Positions 19,872-30,549 of a stretch of 64,000 nt of DNA are shown piece by piece (the stretch's first letter is position 1; every line of letters begins with the position of its first letter). The notes under the pieces were generated by a model. It was not told the origin of the DNA. It saw only the letters and a program-made list of their open reading frames with translations, and ran no database searches. Origin of the DNA: Dehalococcoidia bacterium UBA1141 (GTDB taxonomy: Bacteria > Chloroflexota > Dehalococcoidia > Lucifugimonadales > UBA3495); assembly GCA_002311385.1 (NCBI GenBank), contig DCAE01000097.1:2403-66402 (forward strand), in the 5' to 3' direction. A program made the translations under genes and the position numbers.

Positions 19872-20213
19872 CCTCTCTCATAATTTTAGGTTCTTCTTGA
19901 TCTTATTTTCTTTTTTCTCACCACTCTAGCAGCGCCCATGTTCAGTCGCCGACACTGAAAGTACCCGTCCCTTAGGGAACCGGGTCATCATGCTATGGGA
20001 ATAGAGCCCGAAAAATGATATACTCTAATTTGGGAGTTTTGCGTCTAAAAACAACGTTTACCGGTTTTTCACGTTCCCAGCTTTGGTATTTGATAAAGCC
20101 TCAAATGACGTAAATCTTCTTGTGGACTCGGTTTTTACGGTGGTGGGCCAAGAGGGACTTATACAAAAGCATGAACCTGCACAACGACGCTGTGGGAAGG
20201 GGGGTTGCCTGAG

Positions 20214-22175
20214 ATGACTGTAGTAGACGACATCAAAGGCCGCCTGGACATCTTGGAAGTGATTTCTCAGCATGTGCCGTTGCAAAAATCGGGGCGGAGT
20301 TACAAGGCCAATTGTCCGTTCCATCAAGAGAAAACTCCGTCGTTCCACGTGTTCCCAGACCGCCAGACCTGGCGCTGTTTTGGGGCATGCGCCTCGGGTG
20401 GAGATGTTTTCTCTTTCGTTATGCGCGCCGAGAACCTGGAGTTCGGCGATGCCCTAAAAAGGTTGTCAGAACAATCCGGCGTCCCACTGCCCAGCAGAGA
20501 GGGCCGCTCCCGACAGCAAGGCCTTGTCGAGATAAATGAATCGGCTCGTGAATTCTTTCAAAAGCTGTTGGCCTCAAACCAAGGCACCGAGGCCCGAGAG
20601 TATCTGGACCGCAGGGGACTGTCAGAAAGCGCGGTAGAGTCCTTTGAATTGGGATTTAGCCCTCAGGACGGTGAGGCTCTCAAGAAACACTTGGTGGACA
20701 AGAAGCACACGGTGCAGGACATGGCGCAAGCTGGCCTGGTTCACGTCAATGAGAGCGGATGGGCCAGAGACCTATTCCGTGGACGCTTGATGTTTCCCAT
20801 CAGGAACAGCTCGGGTGAATTGACCGGTTTTGGTGGACGAGCGCTCAAAAACGCCACCCCCAAGTACCTGAACACTCCCCGGACTCCGGCATTCGACAAA
20901 GGCCGAATGTTGTACGGCCTTCACCTGGCGAAGAAGGAAGCCCACGATAAAGGCTTGGTGGTGGTGGAAGGCTACATGGATGTTATAGCCGCCCATCAGC
21001 ACGGGTATTCCAATGTGGTGGCGTCCATGGGCACGGCCTTAACCGAATATCAAGTGGACGCAATCCGTCGGCTCACCTCCAAGGTGACCATGGCCTTGGA
21101 CGCGGATGCCGCAGGCCAAGCCGCCACTTTGCGCAGCCTGGAATCTTCGTGGCGGGTTTTTCAAACCCAAGAAGCCGGACGCTCCAAAGGCACCACCCTT
21201 TACCAACAACAAGCGGTATTAGAGCTAAGAGTCGCCGTTCTCCCTGCGGGGAAGGACCCTGATGATTTGATTCGTGACTCTTCCGGTCAGTGGTCAGGCT
21301 TGATTGAAAACGCGACGCCGCTATTGGACTATCTATTGCCCACTTTGGCGGCTCAATTCGACACATCGACGCCCCAAGGAAAGACAAGATTGGTCGAGGC
21401 AATGTTCCCGTTGATAGCAGCGGTGCCCGAGGCAACTCAACAAGACCAATACTTCCAAGTGTTGGCGACCCATCTGGGCGTCACTCAAGAAACTCTTAGG
21501 GCGACGATTGGCCGGCCGGCTCCAATGCGCCAATCCAGGGGACCCAGGAACCGGTCTCAGTCAGGGTCACAGTCTCAAAGCCGCGGGGCGACGGCCTCTC
21601 CCTTCGCCAAGCTGGACCGGGACCCGATGGAAGATTATTGCTTGGCATTGCTACTACAAAACAGCAAGCTACAAAGTGAATTACAACAGGAGTTGGAAGC
21701 CATAAAACCCGAGCATTTCCAACGGTTGGAAAACCGGGAGATATTTAGCCAGCTAACGAGAGAAGGCAGCCCTGGTGGTATAAAACTCGAAGACCGTAGT
21801 GACAGTGAAATCAGGATTGAAAACGGAGATCGCGAGACAATACAGGCTGAATTACTCGCCTCGTCGGCTCCCGGCGCTCCGGTGGGCAATACCTGGCTTG
21901 ACCAAGAACTGAGTGAGCATCTGAGTGAGTTGGTCAGCAAACCCCTGCCGGTTATGGACCACCGCAGCCAACTGAGTGCTTTGAGGGATGTAATTCGCCG
22001 CATGGAGGAACGCCACCTCCGTGAGCTAAAAGCAGAAGAGGAGATTAGGTTTACCGAATCGCCATTGGACCTTCAAGAAGAAGGGCATCCGGGAATCTTG
22101 GAGATTAACGAACGGCTTCGTCAGAACCATAAACGACGCAGCTCGTTGGCCCAAGATGCGCCGATATTGCCTTAG
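20214..22175 (+). CDS. dnaG: DNA primase
   Basis: Zinc ribbon CPFHQEKTPSFHV...WRCFGC and a TOPRIM region (VVVEGYMDVIA, ALDADAAG). It lies upstream of rpoD, as in the conserved dnaG-rpoD unit. Confidence 0.9.
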   Translation: MTVVDDIKGRLDILEVISQHVPLQKSGRSYKANCPFHQEKTPSFHVFPDRQTWRCFGACASGGDVFSFVMRAENLEFGDALKRLSEQSGVPLPSREGRSRQQGLVEINESAREFFQKLLASNQGTEAREYLDRRGLSESAVESFELGFSPQDGEALKKHLVDKKHTVQDMAQAGLVHVNESGWARDLFRGRLMFPIRNSSGELTGFGGRALKNATPKYLNTPRTPAFDKGRMLYGLHLAKKEAHDKGLVVVEGYMDVIAAHQHGYSNVVASMGTALTEYQVDAIRRLTSKVTMALDADAAGQAATLRSLESSWRVFQTQEAGRSKGTTLYQQQAVLELRVAVLPAGKDPDDLIRDSSGQWSGLIENATPLLDYLLPTLAAQFDTSTPQGKTRLVEAMFPLIAAVPEATQQDQYFQVLATHLGVTQETLRATIGRPAPMRQSRGPRNRSQSGSQSQSRGATASPFAKLDRDPMEDYCLALLLQNSKLQSELQQELEAIKPEHFQRLENREIFSQLTREGSPGGIKLEDRSDSEIRIENGDRETIQAELLASSAPGAPVGNTWLDQELSEHLSELVSKPLPVMDHRSQLSALRDVIRRMEERHLRELKAEEEIRFTESPLDLQEEGHPGILEINERLRQNHKRRSSLAQDAPILP

Positions 22176-22252
22176 TCATCATCCGGCACATGCCGATTAG
22201 CAAGAACAGAATTGGTTTACCACCTAAAACAGCACGAAGAGGTTAAAAACAC

Positions 22253-23830
22253 ATGGTAAGACGCAGCAATCGAACCGAGCTAAATCCGGAAGATTTCGTC
22301 GACAACAACGAGGACAACGAAGGTCCGGACAAGCTGATGGAGATAATCCGCGGCGTTAACGATGGCGGAGACGATGAATCATTGGCCGAGTCCAACGGTG
22401 TCACCAGACCGTCTACTGACGTAACCGTAGAACAGGCCGAAGACCAATGGGACGATACCACTGGGGAAGAAAAGACCACCGAAACACCCGCCGGAGCCAC
22501 GGAAGATACCGACAACGACGAACCGGATTGGGAACCCGAGACTGAATCCATGGAAGTGCTCGACGACCCAGTGCGGATGTACCTGCGGGAGATCGGACGA
22601 GTTCGGCTGCTCACCTCGATTGACGAGCGGACATTGGCCCGAAAGATTGAGGGCGGCAAGCACTTGAAAGGTATTCAGAAAGAATTCAGCGACGTGGAGA
22701 ATCGCCAACCAAAGTCGTGGGAAGTCACCTTGGCGCTGTTCCGGCGGATGGTGGGATTTTCACCTTTGGTGGAATCCTTGGGAAAACAACTGGGATTGCC
22801 CGGCAGCCTGACTCTGTCCCAAGTAACCGACCACACCAAATTGCGCTCTGCCATCGACGCGGAGGTTTCCTTGGACCTGCTGGCCGCCGTGGGGGAGACT
22901 TTGGATGATGCGCCTGAGAACGTATACAAGCAGGTAATCAACCTGTCCCTCAGTAGCTGGCTACTTCCGCCCGATGCAATTGATGTGCTGGAGGATTGCA
23001 CCCTGGATGAACTGGACTCGACCCTGAACCAGGGCCGGTGCGGCGAAGACCTACAGCAGTTGGAACCCCTATTCCGGGCCTATTTCCGTCGCATTGACGC
23101 TGAAGCCGGACGGGCTCAGGCCCGGCTGACCGAGGCCAACTTGAGATTGGTAGTCAGCGTAGCCAAGAAGTACATCGGCCGAGGCATGGCCTTGTTGGAT
23201 ATGATTCAAGAAGGAAACATCGGCCTGATTCGCGCCGTGGAAAAATTCGACTACCGCAAGGGCTATAAGTTCAGCACCTATGCCACTTGGTGGATTCGAC
23301 AAGCCATCACCAGGGCCATCGCGGATCAAGCTCGCACCATCCGTATTCCGGTGCACATGGTGGAGACCATCAACAAGCTGATGCGCCAACACCGAAGACT
23401 GCTACAGGAGTACGGTCGTGAGCCGACGGCTGAGGAAATCGGCTTGGCCATGGAGATTGGCCCCGAGAAAGTAGAAGAAATTCTTAAGATTTCCCAAGAG
23501 CCCGTATCCTTGGAGACGCCAATCGGCGAGGAAGAGGATTCCCACTTGGGAGACTTCATCGAAGACCGGAACGCCCAAGCCCCGGCAGACGCAGCCTCGT
23601 TCCAGCTTTTGAAGGAACAGGTCGACGAAGTGCTTCACACCCTCACTGACCGGGAGGCCAGGGTACTTCAACTCCGCTTTGGCCTAGAAGATGGCCGAAG
23701 TCGGACGCTGGAAGAGGTGGGCCGGGAGTTTGGCGTCACCAGAGAGCGTATTCGGCAGATTGAGGCCAAAGCGCTCCGCAAGTTGCGCCACCCAACACGC
23801 TCGCGCAAGCTAAAGGACTTCTTGGATTAA
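22253..23830 (+). CDS. rpoD: Primary RNA polymerase sigma factor (sigma-70 family)
   Basis: Acidic N-terminal region; region 1.2 [11 protein letters not shown]; region 2 [14 protein letters not shown]...[34 protein letters not shown]; region 4 [27 protein letters not shown]. Confidence 0.93.
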   Translation: MVRRSNRTELNPEDFVDNNEDNEGPDKLMEIIRGVNDGGDDESLAESNGVTRPSTDVTVEQAEDQWDDTTGEEKTTETPAGATEDTDNDEPDWEPETESMEVLDDPVRMYLREIGRVRLLTSIDERTLARKIEGGKHLKGIQKEFSDVENRQPKSWEVTLALFRRMVGFSPLVESLGKQLGLPGSLTLSQVTDHTKLRSAIDAEVSLDLLAAVGETLDDAPENVYKQVINLSLSSWLLPPDAIDVLEDCTLDELDSTLNQGRCGEDLQQLEPLFRAYFRRIDAEAGRAQARLTEANLRLVVSVAKKYIGRGMALLDMIQEGNIGLIRAVEKFDYRKGYKFSTYATWWIRQAITRAIADQARTIRIPVHMVETINKLMRQHRRLLQEYGREPTAEEIGLAMEIGPEKVEEILKISQEPVSLETPIGEEEDSHLGDFIEDRNAQAPADAASFQLLKEQVDEVLHTLTDREARVLQLRFGLEDGRSRTLEEVGREFGVTRERIRQIEAKALRKLRHPTRSRKLKDFLD

Positions 23831-24011
23831 AAACTTGGCATAAGAACGGTGCGGTGCTGCCAGCCAAATGATGACGAGCAGCACCTGAAATCTAGCCTGC
23901 TTGCCACCGACGCCTGGGGACTAAACTCCTCATTCAGGGCTTCGGAATTCATTGTTTCTGGCGAATAGCTGGTGCTAAACTAGCCCTGAAACCAAATAGG
24001 GAGGGGTATAC

Positions 24012-24224
24012 GTGGGAGAGCAGGCGCATCCTAAATGTTTAAAGTGCGAGATTGGCCAATTGGTTCCGTTATCCGATTACGGAGGACAAGGCGCAGCTGT
24101 CCATTACAAGGCCTGGGTTTGCATTAACCCTGATTGCGGGTTCAACCTTAAAATCCGAAATGGCGATATCTACTTGAACGAGCCCATAACTCCAGGTGGG
24201 ATGAACACCCCCAGGGCACGCTAA
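24012..24224 (+). CDS. Small zinc-ribbon protein (hypothetical)
   Basis: 70 aa with a GTG start after a GGGAGGGG SD, and two Cys pairs (CLKC ... CINPDC). Confidence 0.45.
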   Translation: MGEQAHPKCLKCEIGQLVPLSDYGGQGAAVHYKAWVCINPDCGFNLKIRNGDIYLNEPITPGGMNTPRAR

Positions 24225-24473
24225 TCCGGTGAGTTGTCCCCGCCGTTGGCCTCTTGGGATTATTCCTAGATCATAAACCATCCTATTTGTCATCCGGGTT
24301 AACGGCCGTCTCGATACCAGCCTCATAATTTATCCTCTTGTCTCCTGAATGGTGGGTGGTGAAAGTGGGGTTCGGGATTATTCACAGAAGTCAATTCCCA
24401 TCAGTTCTCCCTGTTATTTTCTATTCGTTGGGGAGCGCCGGCAATCAGCCGGTGATTTTGGGAAGGAGGTGAG

Positions 24474-25400
24474 ATGGAAGCTGGATATGATTACCTACTA
24501 CGTCCCGGTCGACTGCGGCACAGACTGTTTAAATATTTCGGAATTATCATATTTGTTTTTGGTGCCATACTGCTGGCCTCCGGTGGAGCTTATTACGGAT
24601 ATGCGGCCAATGCCCGGGCTGACTTGGACAACCTTAACGTCACCCTTCCCAGCGCCGTAACCGGCGAAAGCAAATCCCAGGCAACCGGGGTTGGTCTGGA
24701 AAGTAGCGGTCCTTCGATCGAATTATCTGAAGACTTGGACACGCCCAGACTATCTGTGTCGGCCAAGGTGCTGCCCGGGATGTCCATGCTAGCAATCAAC
24801 ACCAACCAGCTGTATCCCGGCGAAGCCTTGAGCGCTGGGTCTTGGAGCAACCCATGGTCTTATGAGCCCTTGGCCTACCAGACCCGGTTGTTGCTTGAAG
24901 GCTTTACACCCATAGAACCCGGCTCCGTGGCTCCCGCTGGAGCCCTTGATGCCGCCACCCGGCTTATCATGCCCTCTATCGGCATTGACTCCAACATCAC
25001 CGAGCTGCAGATACTGAATCTGGGGGAAAGCCGAGCCTATGAAACACCTGACAGTGTTGTTGGGCACATACCGGAAACCGCAAACGCAGGTGAAGCCGGG
25101 AGTTCTTGGTTCTTCGGGCATACGGAGAGCTTAACAATGGGGGAAGGCTCCGTCTTCTTCAATCTGCGTCTGGTGCCAACTAAACTGCGTAATGACGAAG
25201 ACGTATACATCATCACGGAGACTGGAGAGACCCGGTATCTGTACTTGGTCACATCATCCCAAGTGGTGCATCAAGACGACATGGCTCTCTACGAAACCGG
25301 CCAGTCAACCATCCACTTGGTATCGTGTGTCCCGCGCTTGGTATACGACCACCGTTTGATAGTAACAGGCGAGTTGGTAGCCCAGAAAACCGAGTCCTGA
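24474..25400 (+). CDS. Sortase-family transpeptidase with N-terminal TM anchor
   Basis: Strong GGAAGGAGG SD, a TM segment, a catalytic-type FGHTE His region, the IHLVSCVP Cys motif (TLxTC-like) and a downstream Arg. Confidence 0.7.
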   Translation: MEAGYDYLLRPGRLRHRLFKYFGIIIFVFGAILLASGGAYYGYAANARADLDNLNVTLPSAVTGESKSQATGVGLESSGPSIELSEDLDTPRLSVSAKVLPGMSMLAINTNQLYPGEALSAGSWSNPWSYEPLAYQTRLLLEGFTPIEPGSVAPAGALDAATRLIMPSIGIDSNITELQILNLGESRAYETPDSVVGHIPETANAGEAGSSWFFGHTESLTMGEGSVFFNLRLVPTKLRNDEDVYIITETGETRYLYLVTSSQVVHQDDMALYETGQSTIHLVSCVPRLVYDHRLIVTGELVAQKTES

Positions 25401-25421
25401 GTATCGCTCAACTGTGAAGAC

Positions 25422-25456
25422 GAAGAGGCGGGTTCAAGTACCCGCCTCTTTTTTTG
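25422..25456 (+). terminator. Rho-independent terminator after the sortase gene
   Basis: GAAGAGGCGGG-TTCAAGTA-CCCGCCTCTT followed by TTTTTT. Confidence 0.8.
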
Positions 25457-25474
25457 TCGTTCTTACCGGCCGTG

Positions 25475-26287
25475 CTAGGAAACCTTAAGCTGACTGGCCA
25501 CGTCTCTTTTTTGCTGCACTGTTTCCGCCAACCGGTCGGTTACCACGCCATCCAGCCGAGCATCGGCCATAGCCGCCATGTCGCAGTTAAAATCCGTGTC
25601 CCAGGCCAGTACCCGTTGTCCGCGGCTGCGAAACTTGCGGTGCAGTTCGGGACTGCAAGTGTCGTTGGCCGGGTCATACCATTGGGCCTGCGCCAATGGA
25701 CTCAACCACCTGGACCTAATAGGATACGGGTGCCTCTTGGACCAAATATATCCCCTGGAAATGCGGGGCTCCTTTTTTCTCAGCTGATAAAGGGCCACAG
25801 GGTTGAAGCTGGCAACCAGCGTGCTATCCCAACGCTGATGGCGGCTGATGGTTTCGGCAACCAGATGGGCAATCAGCTTCATGCCGCTTATGATTACTTT
25901 CATTTCCACGTTGATTAAGAAACCATTGGGCAGCGACTCGAACACCTCGTCCAATGTGGGCGCCACCTGACCTTTGAACGCCGGGTCGAACCAGGAACCG
26001 ACGTCCAGAGACCGTACGTGGGCAAAAGTTGCTGCATTCACTCGACCGGCGCCGTTGCTGGTGCGGTCCAAACGGTGATCGTGGAACACCACCAGTTGGC
26101 GGTCCGAAGTCAATCTAACGTCCAGTTCCAGGCCATCGGCCCCGGCGGACAAAGCGTTGGTAAAGGCTGGCAGAGTGTTTTCCGGTGCCGTGGCTACATC
26201 GCCGCGATGAGCAATCACCAAAGGCAAGAGTAAGGAACCGGCTTCTATGTCCCAAGATTGGGGAGTGTCTATCGGGGTTGAACTCAC
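25475..26287 (-). CDS. Glycerophosphodiester phosphodiesterase family protein
   Basis: VIAHRGDVATAPENTLPAF and ELDVRLTSD motifs of the GDPD family. Confidence 0.85.
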   Translation of the reverse strand: MSSTPIDTPQSWDIEAGSLLLPLVIAHRGDVATAPENTLPAFTNALSAGADGLELDVRLTSDRQLVVFHDHRLDRTSNGAGRVNAATFAHVRSLDVGSWFDPAFKGQVAPTLDEVFESLPNGFLINVEMKVIISGMKLIAHLVAETISRHQRWDSTLVASFNPVALYQLRKKEPRISRGYIWSKRHPYPIRSRWLSPLAQAQWYDPANDTCSPELHRKFRSRGQRVLAWDTDFNCDMAAMADARLDGVVTDRLAETVQQKRDVASQLKVS

Positions 26288-26540
26288 AATCTAATCCGTA
26301 AATATAGTAAATGTGCTTTTTTACAGATTCCTGAGCTTAAAGACTGAGCATGGAAGTGTGAACCGCCAGGCACAACTCAGTTAACTACCGAGTTAGACAA
26401 GTGTCAACACGACGCCCTGGAACACCCTTCACCAGCGGTATACGAGTAGAATAGAGCGGTTCTGCCGGATACACGCATCCGCGCCCCTTAGATTTTCTCC
26501 ACCTGCCCTCGGCAATGATTGCCCCCGGAGGCGACACCAT

Positions 26541-27821
26541 TTGAACCCCAGGCCCACCAACCGCGGCCCGATTCTCTCCATTCTGCAAATCAGGCAGTTC
26601 AGGATGCTTTGGTATGTGGGGAGCTTGTCCGAGATGGCTCGTTGGATGGAGTTGCTGGTCCTCAGTTGGCTGGTGCTCCAAACCACCGACTCTGCTTTTC
26701 AGTTAGGACTGGTTCTGGTATTCAACAACGTGCCGAGGCCATTATTTTCCCTTTTCACCGGTTGGATAGCCGACCGTTTCAGCCGCCACCTAATGCTTAT
26801 CGTTGCTCAGAGCACAAACGTGCTCACGGCTGGCGGATTAACGGCGCTGCTTTTTCTGGATGTGATTCTGCCTTGGCATGTTTTCCTCGCCGCATTCATC
26901 TTAGGGGTTAGCCGGTCGCTGGAGGATCCGGCCAGGCGCACCGCTCTATTGGACGCCGTTGGTGAGGGGCGTTTGGTAAATGCCATGTCCTTGGAGGTAA
27001 TCAGTAGCACCGCTGGGAAGGTTGTTGGGCCTTTGATTGGTGGAATAATAATCGATACCCTCGGATTCTCCGGCTCTTACTCGATTTTGCTGAGCATACA
27101 CGCAGTCAATCTGGTGTTGTTGGCAACCCAGGTAAGAATCCCCAACGTGGTACCGAGTTCCGCGGCCGAGCCAATCTGGAAGGGCTTGGGTAGCACAGTA
27201 AGATACGCTCTTCATAGCCCGGTTTTATTGGGGCTTTTCTACGTTACCGTAATCATGAATGCCACAGCTTTCCCGGTACGGCAATTTATTCCGGTGATAG
27301 GCCGGGACGAATTGCACGTTGGCGCAACAATGGTAGGAATCCTGTTGGCCTCAGAAGGCATAGGTCAATTGGCTGGCGCAGGAATGATGGCCGCCACCCG
27401 GGACCTTCGCTACTTGGGCAGGGTTTTTGTTCTTGGTTCTATAAGTGTCCTCATCATGGCGCTACTGTTCTCTTGGTCTCCTTGGTACGCAATGGCCCTC
27501 ATTGTCCTCGCCATTGGAGGCGTGGGCCAAGCGGGGTTCAGTACCATGCAAAGCACCATCACCATGCTGGCTGCGCCTCCGGAGATGCGGGGAAGGATGA
27601 TGGGATTGCTCAGCGTTTGCATCGGGGCCGGAACGCCCCTGGGCACCCTGGAAATGGGCGCCATAGCCACAATAAGCGCCCAGTGGGCGATTTCCGGTAA
27701 CGTGCTGGCAGGCCTGGCTCTGGTTCTACCTATCATGCTCTTATCGCCACTGGCAACCAGACCCGTGATAGCGGCGTCCAAGATTTCTATCCCAGAACCC
27801 GGACCCATTAGCACAGGTTGA
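26541..27821 (+). CDS. MFS transporter
   Basis: 426 aa and about 12 predicted TM segments. The N-terminus FRMLWYVGSLSEMARWME resembles the second MFS gene at 51350..52654. TTG start after GGAGG. Confidence 0.85.
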   Translation: MNPRPTNRGPILSILQIRQFRMLWYVGSLSEMARWMELLVLSWLVLQTTDSAFQLGLVLVFNNVPRPLFSLFTGWIADRFSRHLMLIVAQSTNVLTAGGLTALLFLDVILPWHVFLAAFILGVSRSLEDPARRTALLDAVGEGRLVNAMSLEVISSTAGKVVGPLIGGIIIDTLGFSGSYSILLSIHAVNLVLLATQVRIPNVVPSSAAEPIWKGLGSTVRYALHSPVLLGLFYVTVIMNATAFPVRQFIPVIGRDELHVGATMVGILLASEGIGQLAGAGMMAATRDLRYLGRVFVLGSISVLIMALLFSWSPWYAMALIVLAIGGVGQAGFSTMQSTITMLAAPPEMRGRMMGLLSVCIGAGTPLGTLEMGAIATISAQWAISGNVLAGLALVLPIMLLSPLATRPVIAASKISIPEPGPISTG

Positions 27822-27916
27822 TTGGGAGATATCTTGTGCCTGGCAACCAGAAGCGTTATATTCTGCATGCGTGCCAACTTGCCGGACGCAGGCGTTGGGA
27901 CAAAGCAGGAGGACAC

Positions 27917-28486
27917 ATGCCTCGAATTGTCGACTGGCCAGCTCGGATGCGGGAAGTGGCAGAGTTTGTCGGTCTCGGTGAAGCAGAGTTGGCTGTGATT
28001 CAATCAACCTCGCCGGTGATTTTGGAACACGGCGAGAACTTGACCGCCGCTGTTTACGACCACTTTTTGAAGTTTGACGATTCACGAAGGTTTTTCCTGG
28101 GGGAAGACGGCGACGTTGACGAGCCCAAATTAGAGCGGCGTAAACATAGTCTGCTGCGCTGGCTGAGGGGCTCACTGGACTTCAAGTTGGACATGGATTA
28201 CCCGATCCGAGTGCTGGCTACGGGAATCGTCCACAGCCACCCTCCTTCCCATAGAGCCCATCTGGGTTCTATCCCCAGCCGCTACATGATTGCCACGATT
28301 TCCTTCATGCAGACGGCCCTCAGTGATATTTTCCACCAGGAAATCGAAGACCCGGCGGAAGCCAATCAAGCCTCGGTAGCTTGGAGCAAGCTGCTTATGG
28401 TCCAACTTGACATCTTGCTGGCGGGATACATGAACGATACGCCAACAGAAGCCGAGAACCTGGCCGGTCAAGAAGCGGCTTCATAA
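27917..28486 (+). CDS. Single-domain protoglobin / globin-coupled-sensor-type globin
   Basis: AGGAGGA SD before the ATG 27917. LGEAELAVIQSTSPVILEHGENLTAAVYDHFLKFDDSRRFF, KLERRKHSLLRWL and a later H...G.IP.RY segment resemble the protoglobin family. No output domain is present. Confidence 0.65.
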   Translation: MPRIVDWPARMREVAEFVGLGEAELAVIQSTSPVILEHGENLTAAVYDHFLKFDDSRRFFLGEDGDVDEPKLERRKHSLLRWLRGSLDFKLDMDYPIRVLATGIVHSHPPSHRAHLGSIPSRYMIATISFMQTALSDIFHQEIEDPAEANQASVAWSKLLMVQLDILLAGYMNDTPTEAENLAGQEAAS

Positions 28487-28544
28487 CCTTCTTACGAGTT
28501 AAACCAGCATCAGATATTCGGTAAATATAATCCGGGAGTAGAAA

Positions 28545-28973
28545 ATGGCCAAAGTATTGGTTATTCAAGGCGCAGGGATGAACATGAGGGGCAAATCCCA
28601 GGTGGAGATATTTGGGACAGCAACCCTCGACGAAATGAACGAGCAGATTCTGGCTTACGCCGAAGGGTTGGGGATTGAAGTGGAGTTGTTCCACTCGAAC
28701 ATCGAAGGGGAAGTGGTTAACGCAATTTACGACGCCCATGAACGGGGATTCGACGCTGCTTTAATAAATCCCGCAGGATATACCACTGGGACCGGGCCGT
28801 TGCGCGGCGCGATATCCCAGGTGGGCTACCCGGTAATAGAGGTCCACGCATCCAACCCGACCGCCAGGGGAACCGTATCCAACGTGCTACCCGTCTGCAA
28901 GGGTTCGGTTTACGGATTTGGGGTCTACGGCTACAAGCTGGCCTTGGAGGCAGTGCAACACATCAGCAGCTAA
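28545..28973 (+). CDS. aroQ: Type II 3-dehydroquinate dehydratase
   Basis: 142 aa with VLVIQGAGMNMRG...FHSNIEGEVVNAIY...INPAGYT...EVHASN, matching the AroQ pattern. Confidence 0.85.
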   Translation: MAKVLVIQGAGMNMRGKSQVEIFGTATLDEMNEQILAYAEGLGIEVELFHSNIEGEVVNAIYDAHERGFDAALINPAGYTTGTGPLRGAISQVGYPVIEVHASNPTARGTVSNVLPVCKGSVYGFGVYGYKLALEAVQHISS

Positions 28974-28993
28974 GGGCTTAGATTTAGGGCGTG

Positions 28994-29185
28994 CTACTCA
29001 CACCGCAAGCAACGCCTTTTACCGAACACATCGTCGTGTACATCGGGGTTGCTAATAAGATAGTCCACGACGGCACGGAAGGTCTTACTTTCGTCGACTA
29101 TATTGTATTTTTCCTTTGCGCTGCGAATGAAAGCCATCTGGTCTGGTTGCAAGCCAATCTCGTATACCTCTTTTTCTCCCGCCAT
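28994..29185 (-). CDS. Hypothetical 63-aa protein
   Basis: AGGAG SD 6 nt upstream of the ATG; no recognisable motif. The opposite-strand ORF 28991..29191 is judged a shadow. Confidence 0.5.
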   Translation of the reverse strand: MAGEKEVYEIGLQPDQMAFIRSAKEKYNIVDESKTFRAVVDYLISNPDVHDDVFGKRRCLRCE

Positions 29186-29282
29186 GTTTAACTCCTATAA
29201 ATTTCACCGACCGGTCGCCCGGCCGGAAGCATTTTACGCATTCCATCATCTGGAAACTTGATCTGGTCACCAGCCCAAAGCC

Positions 29283-30383
29283 CTAGAGACAGGCTTCTCG
29301 TACCGCCTGGGAGATTGCCGACAACCTGGGCGTGTTTGAGTGCTCGGCTCTGAACCCATTGGTGATGTATCCAACCGCCAGTCCCAAGTCTGGGTCGGCC
29401 CATCCCACCGAAGTCCCAGCGCCAGCATGACCGAAGGTGCGATCCGTGATGCTTTCGGGTGCTCCCATCCGTTCATCCGCCAGGGAAAGCCCCAAAGAGC
29501 GGCGAACTGGCCGTTCCAAGGTGTGGTCCATACCTTCCACCTGAAGCTTGGTCACTTCTGCGACGGTGTCTTCGCTGAGGACTCTAGCCCCGTCCAAGTA
29601 ACCGCCCCCAATCATCATTGCGTAGAATCGGGCAAGGTCCCGAGCTGTGGCTATGCCGCCACCGGCTGGTTGAACCGCCAAGTGCACTTCGGGCTTGTTG
29701 TAGGTGGTCACCATGGTCATGCGGTCGCAATCTTCCATGGCATGTTCTTTGGACACCCGGCTCTCCAGTTCCGCAGGTAGACCAACATAGGTGTCGTTCA
29801 TGCCCAGTGGCCCGGTAATCTCTTCTTGAAAGAATTGCCGGAAGGGTCTGCCGTCGATGCGCTGAACCAACTCGGCGATTACCCACCCAAAATTGCGCGG
29901 ATGGTAAGCAATAAGTTTTCCGGGCTCGAAGATGGGTCTGACCTTCTCTAAGGTGCTGATAACGTAGTCCCAATCATGCCACTTGTCCCAGGTCAACTCG
30001 CTGGGAGTGTCGGGAAAGCCGCCTTGGTGGGTCAGGATGTGGCGTATGGTAATTTGCTCTTTTCCGTTTTGAGCGAATTCGGGCCAGTGGCCTGAAACCA
30101 AATCGTCCCAGCCCAGCGTGCCACGCTCCCACAAGATGTATAGACAGGCGGCGGCCAAGGGTTTGGTCGAAGAATAAAGGACGAACATGGTGTCTGATTC
30201 CACTGGTTTCGCCGCTTGTTGGTCAGCTAAACCACCGTGTAAATCCAGTACCTGTTGGCCGTGGCGGTAGACCGCAAGGGCAGCCCCTGGATGGATCCCG
30301 GTTTCTATTTGATTATGAAACAGCGCCTCGACCTGCTGGAGCGCCTTCGGGTCCATCTGTACCGTGTTTGCTGCCACCACCAT
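29283..30383 (-). CDS. Serine hydrolase (beta-lactamase / class C esterase family)
   Basis: S-x-x-K motif (YSSTKPL), a downstream Y-x-N-like region and the HAGAGTS (KTG-like) box. Confidence 0.85.
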   Translation of the reverse strand: MVVAANTVQMDPKALQQVEALFHNQIETGIHPGAALAVYRHGQQVLDLHGGLADQQAAKPVESDTMFVLYSSTKPLAAACLYILWERGTLGWDDLVSGHWPEFAQNGKEQITIRHILTHQGGFPDTPSELTWDKWHDWDYVISTLEKVRPIFEPGKLIAYHPRNFGWVIAELVQRIDGRPFRQFFQEEITGPLGMNDTYVGLPAELESRVSKEHAMEDCDRMTMVTTYNKPEVHLAVQPAGGGIATARDLARFYAMMIGGGYLDGARVLSEDTVAEVTKLQVEGMDHTLERPVRRSLGLSLADERMGAPESITDRTFGHAGAGTSVGWADPDLGLAVGYITNGFRAEHSNTPRLSAISQAVREACL

Positions 30384-30549
30384 AAATTATCTCCTATTTC
30401 GTATCGTTGTCGACGGATTTGGGCCTGACCGGCCAACGGCCTATTTTTAAACTTAGTCAATGGATTTCCAGGTATTCTCGTGCCCGAGCGATGGTTATGT
30501 AAAGTATGTTAACCGACCGATATCGGCCAGTATTCTATTCTATTCAGTC

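Noticed and set aside
24349-24660. 103-aa plus-strand ORF upstream of and overlapping the sortase gene
   Set aside because: It is out of frame with the sortase ORF, which has a strong GGAAGGAGG SD at 24474. It has no motif or SD of its own.
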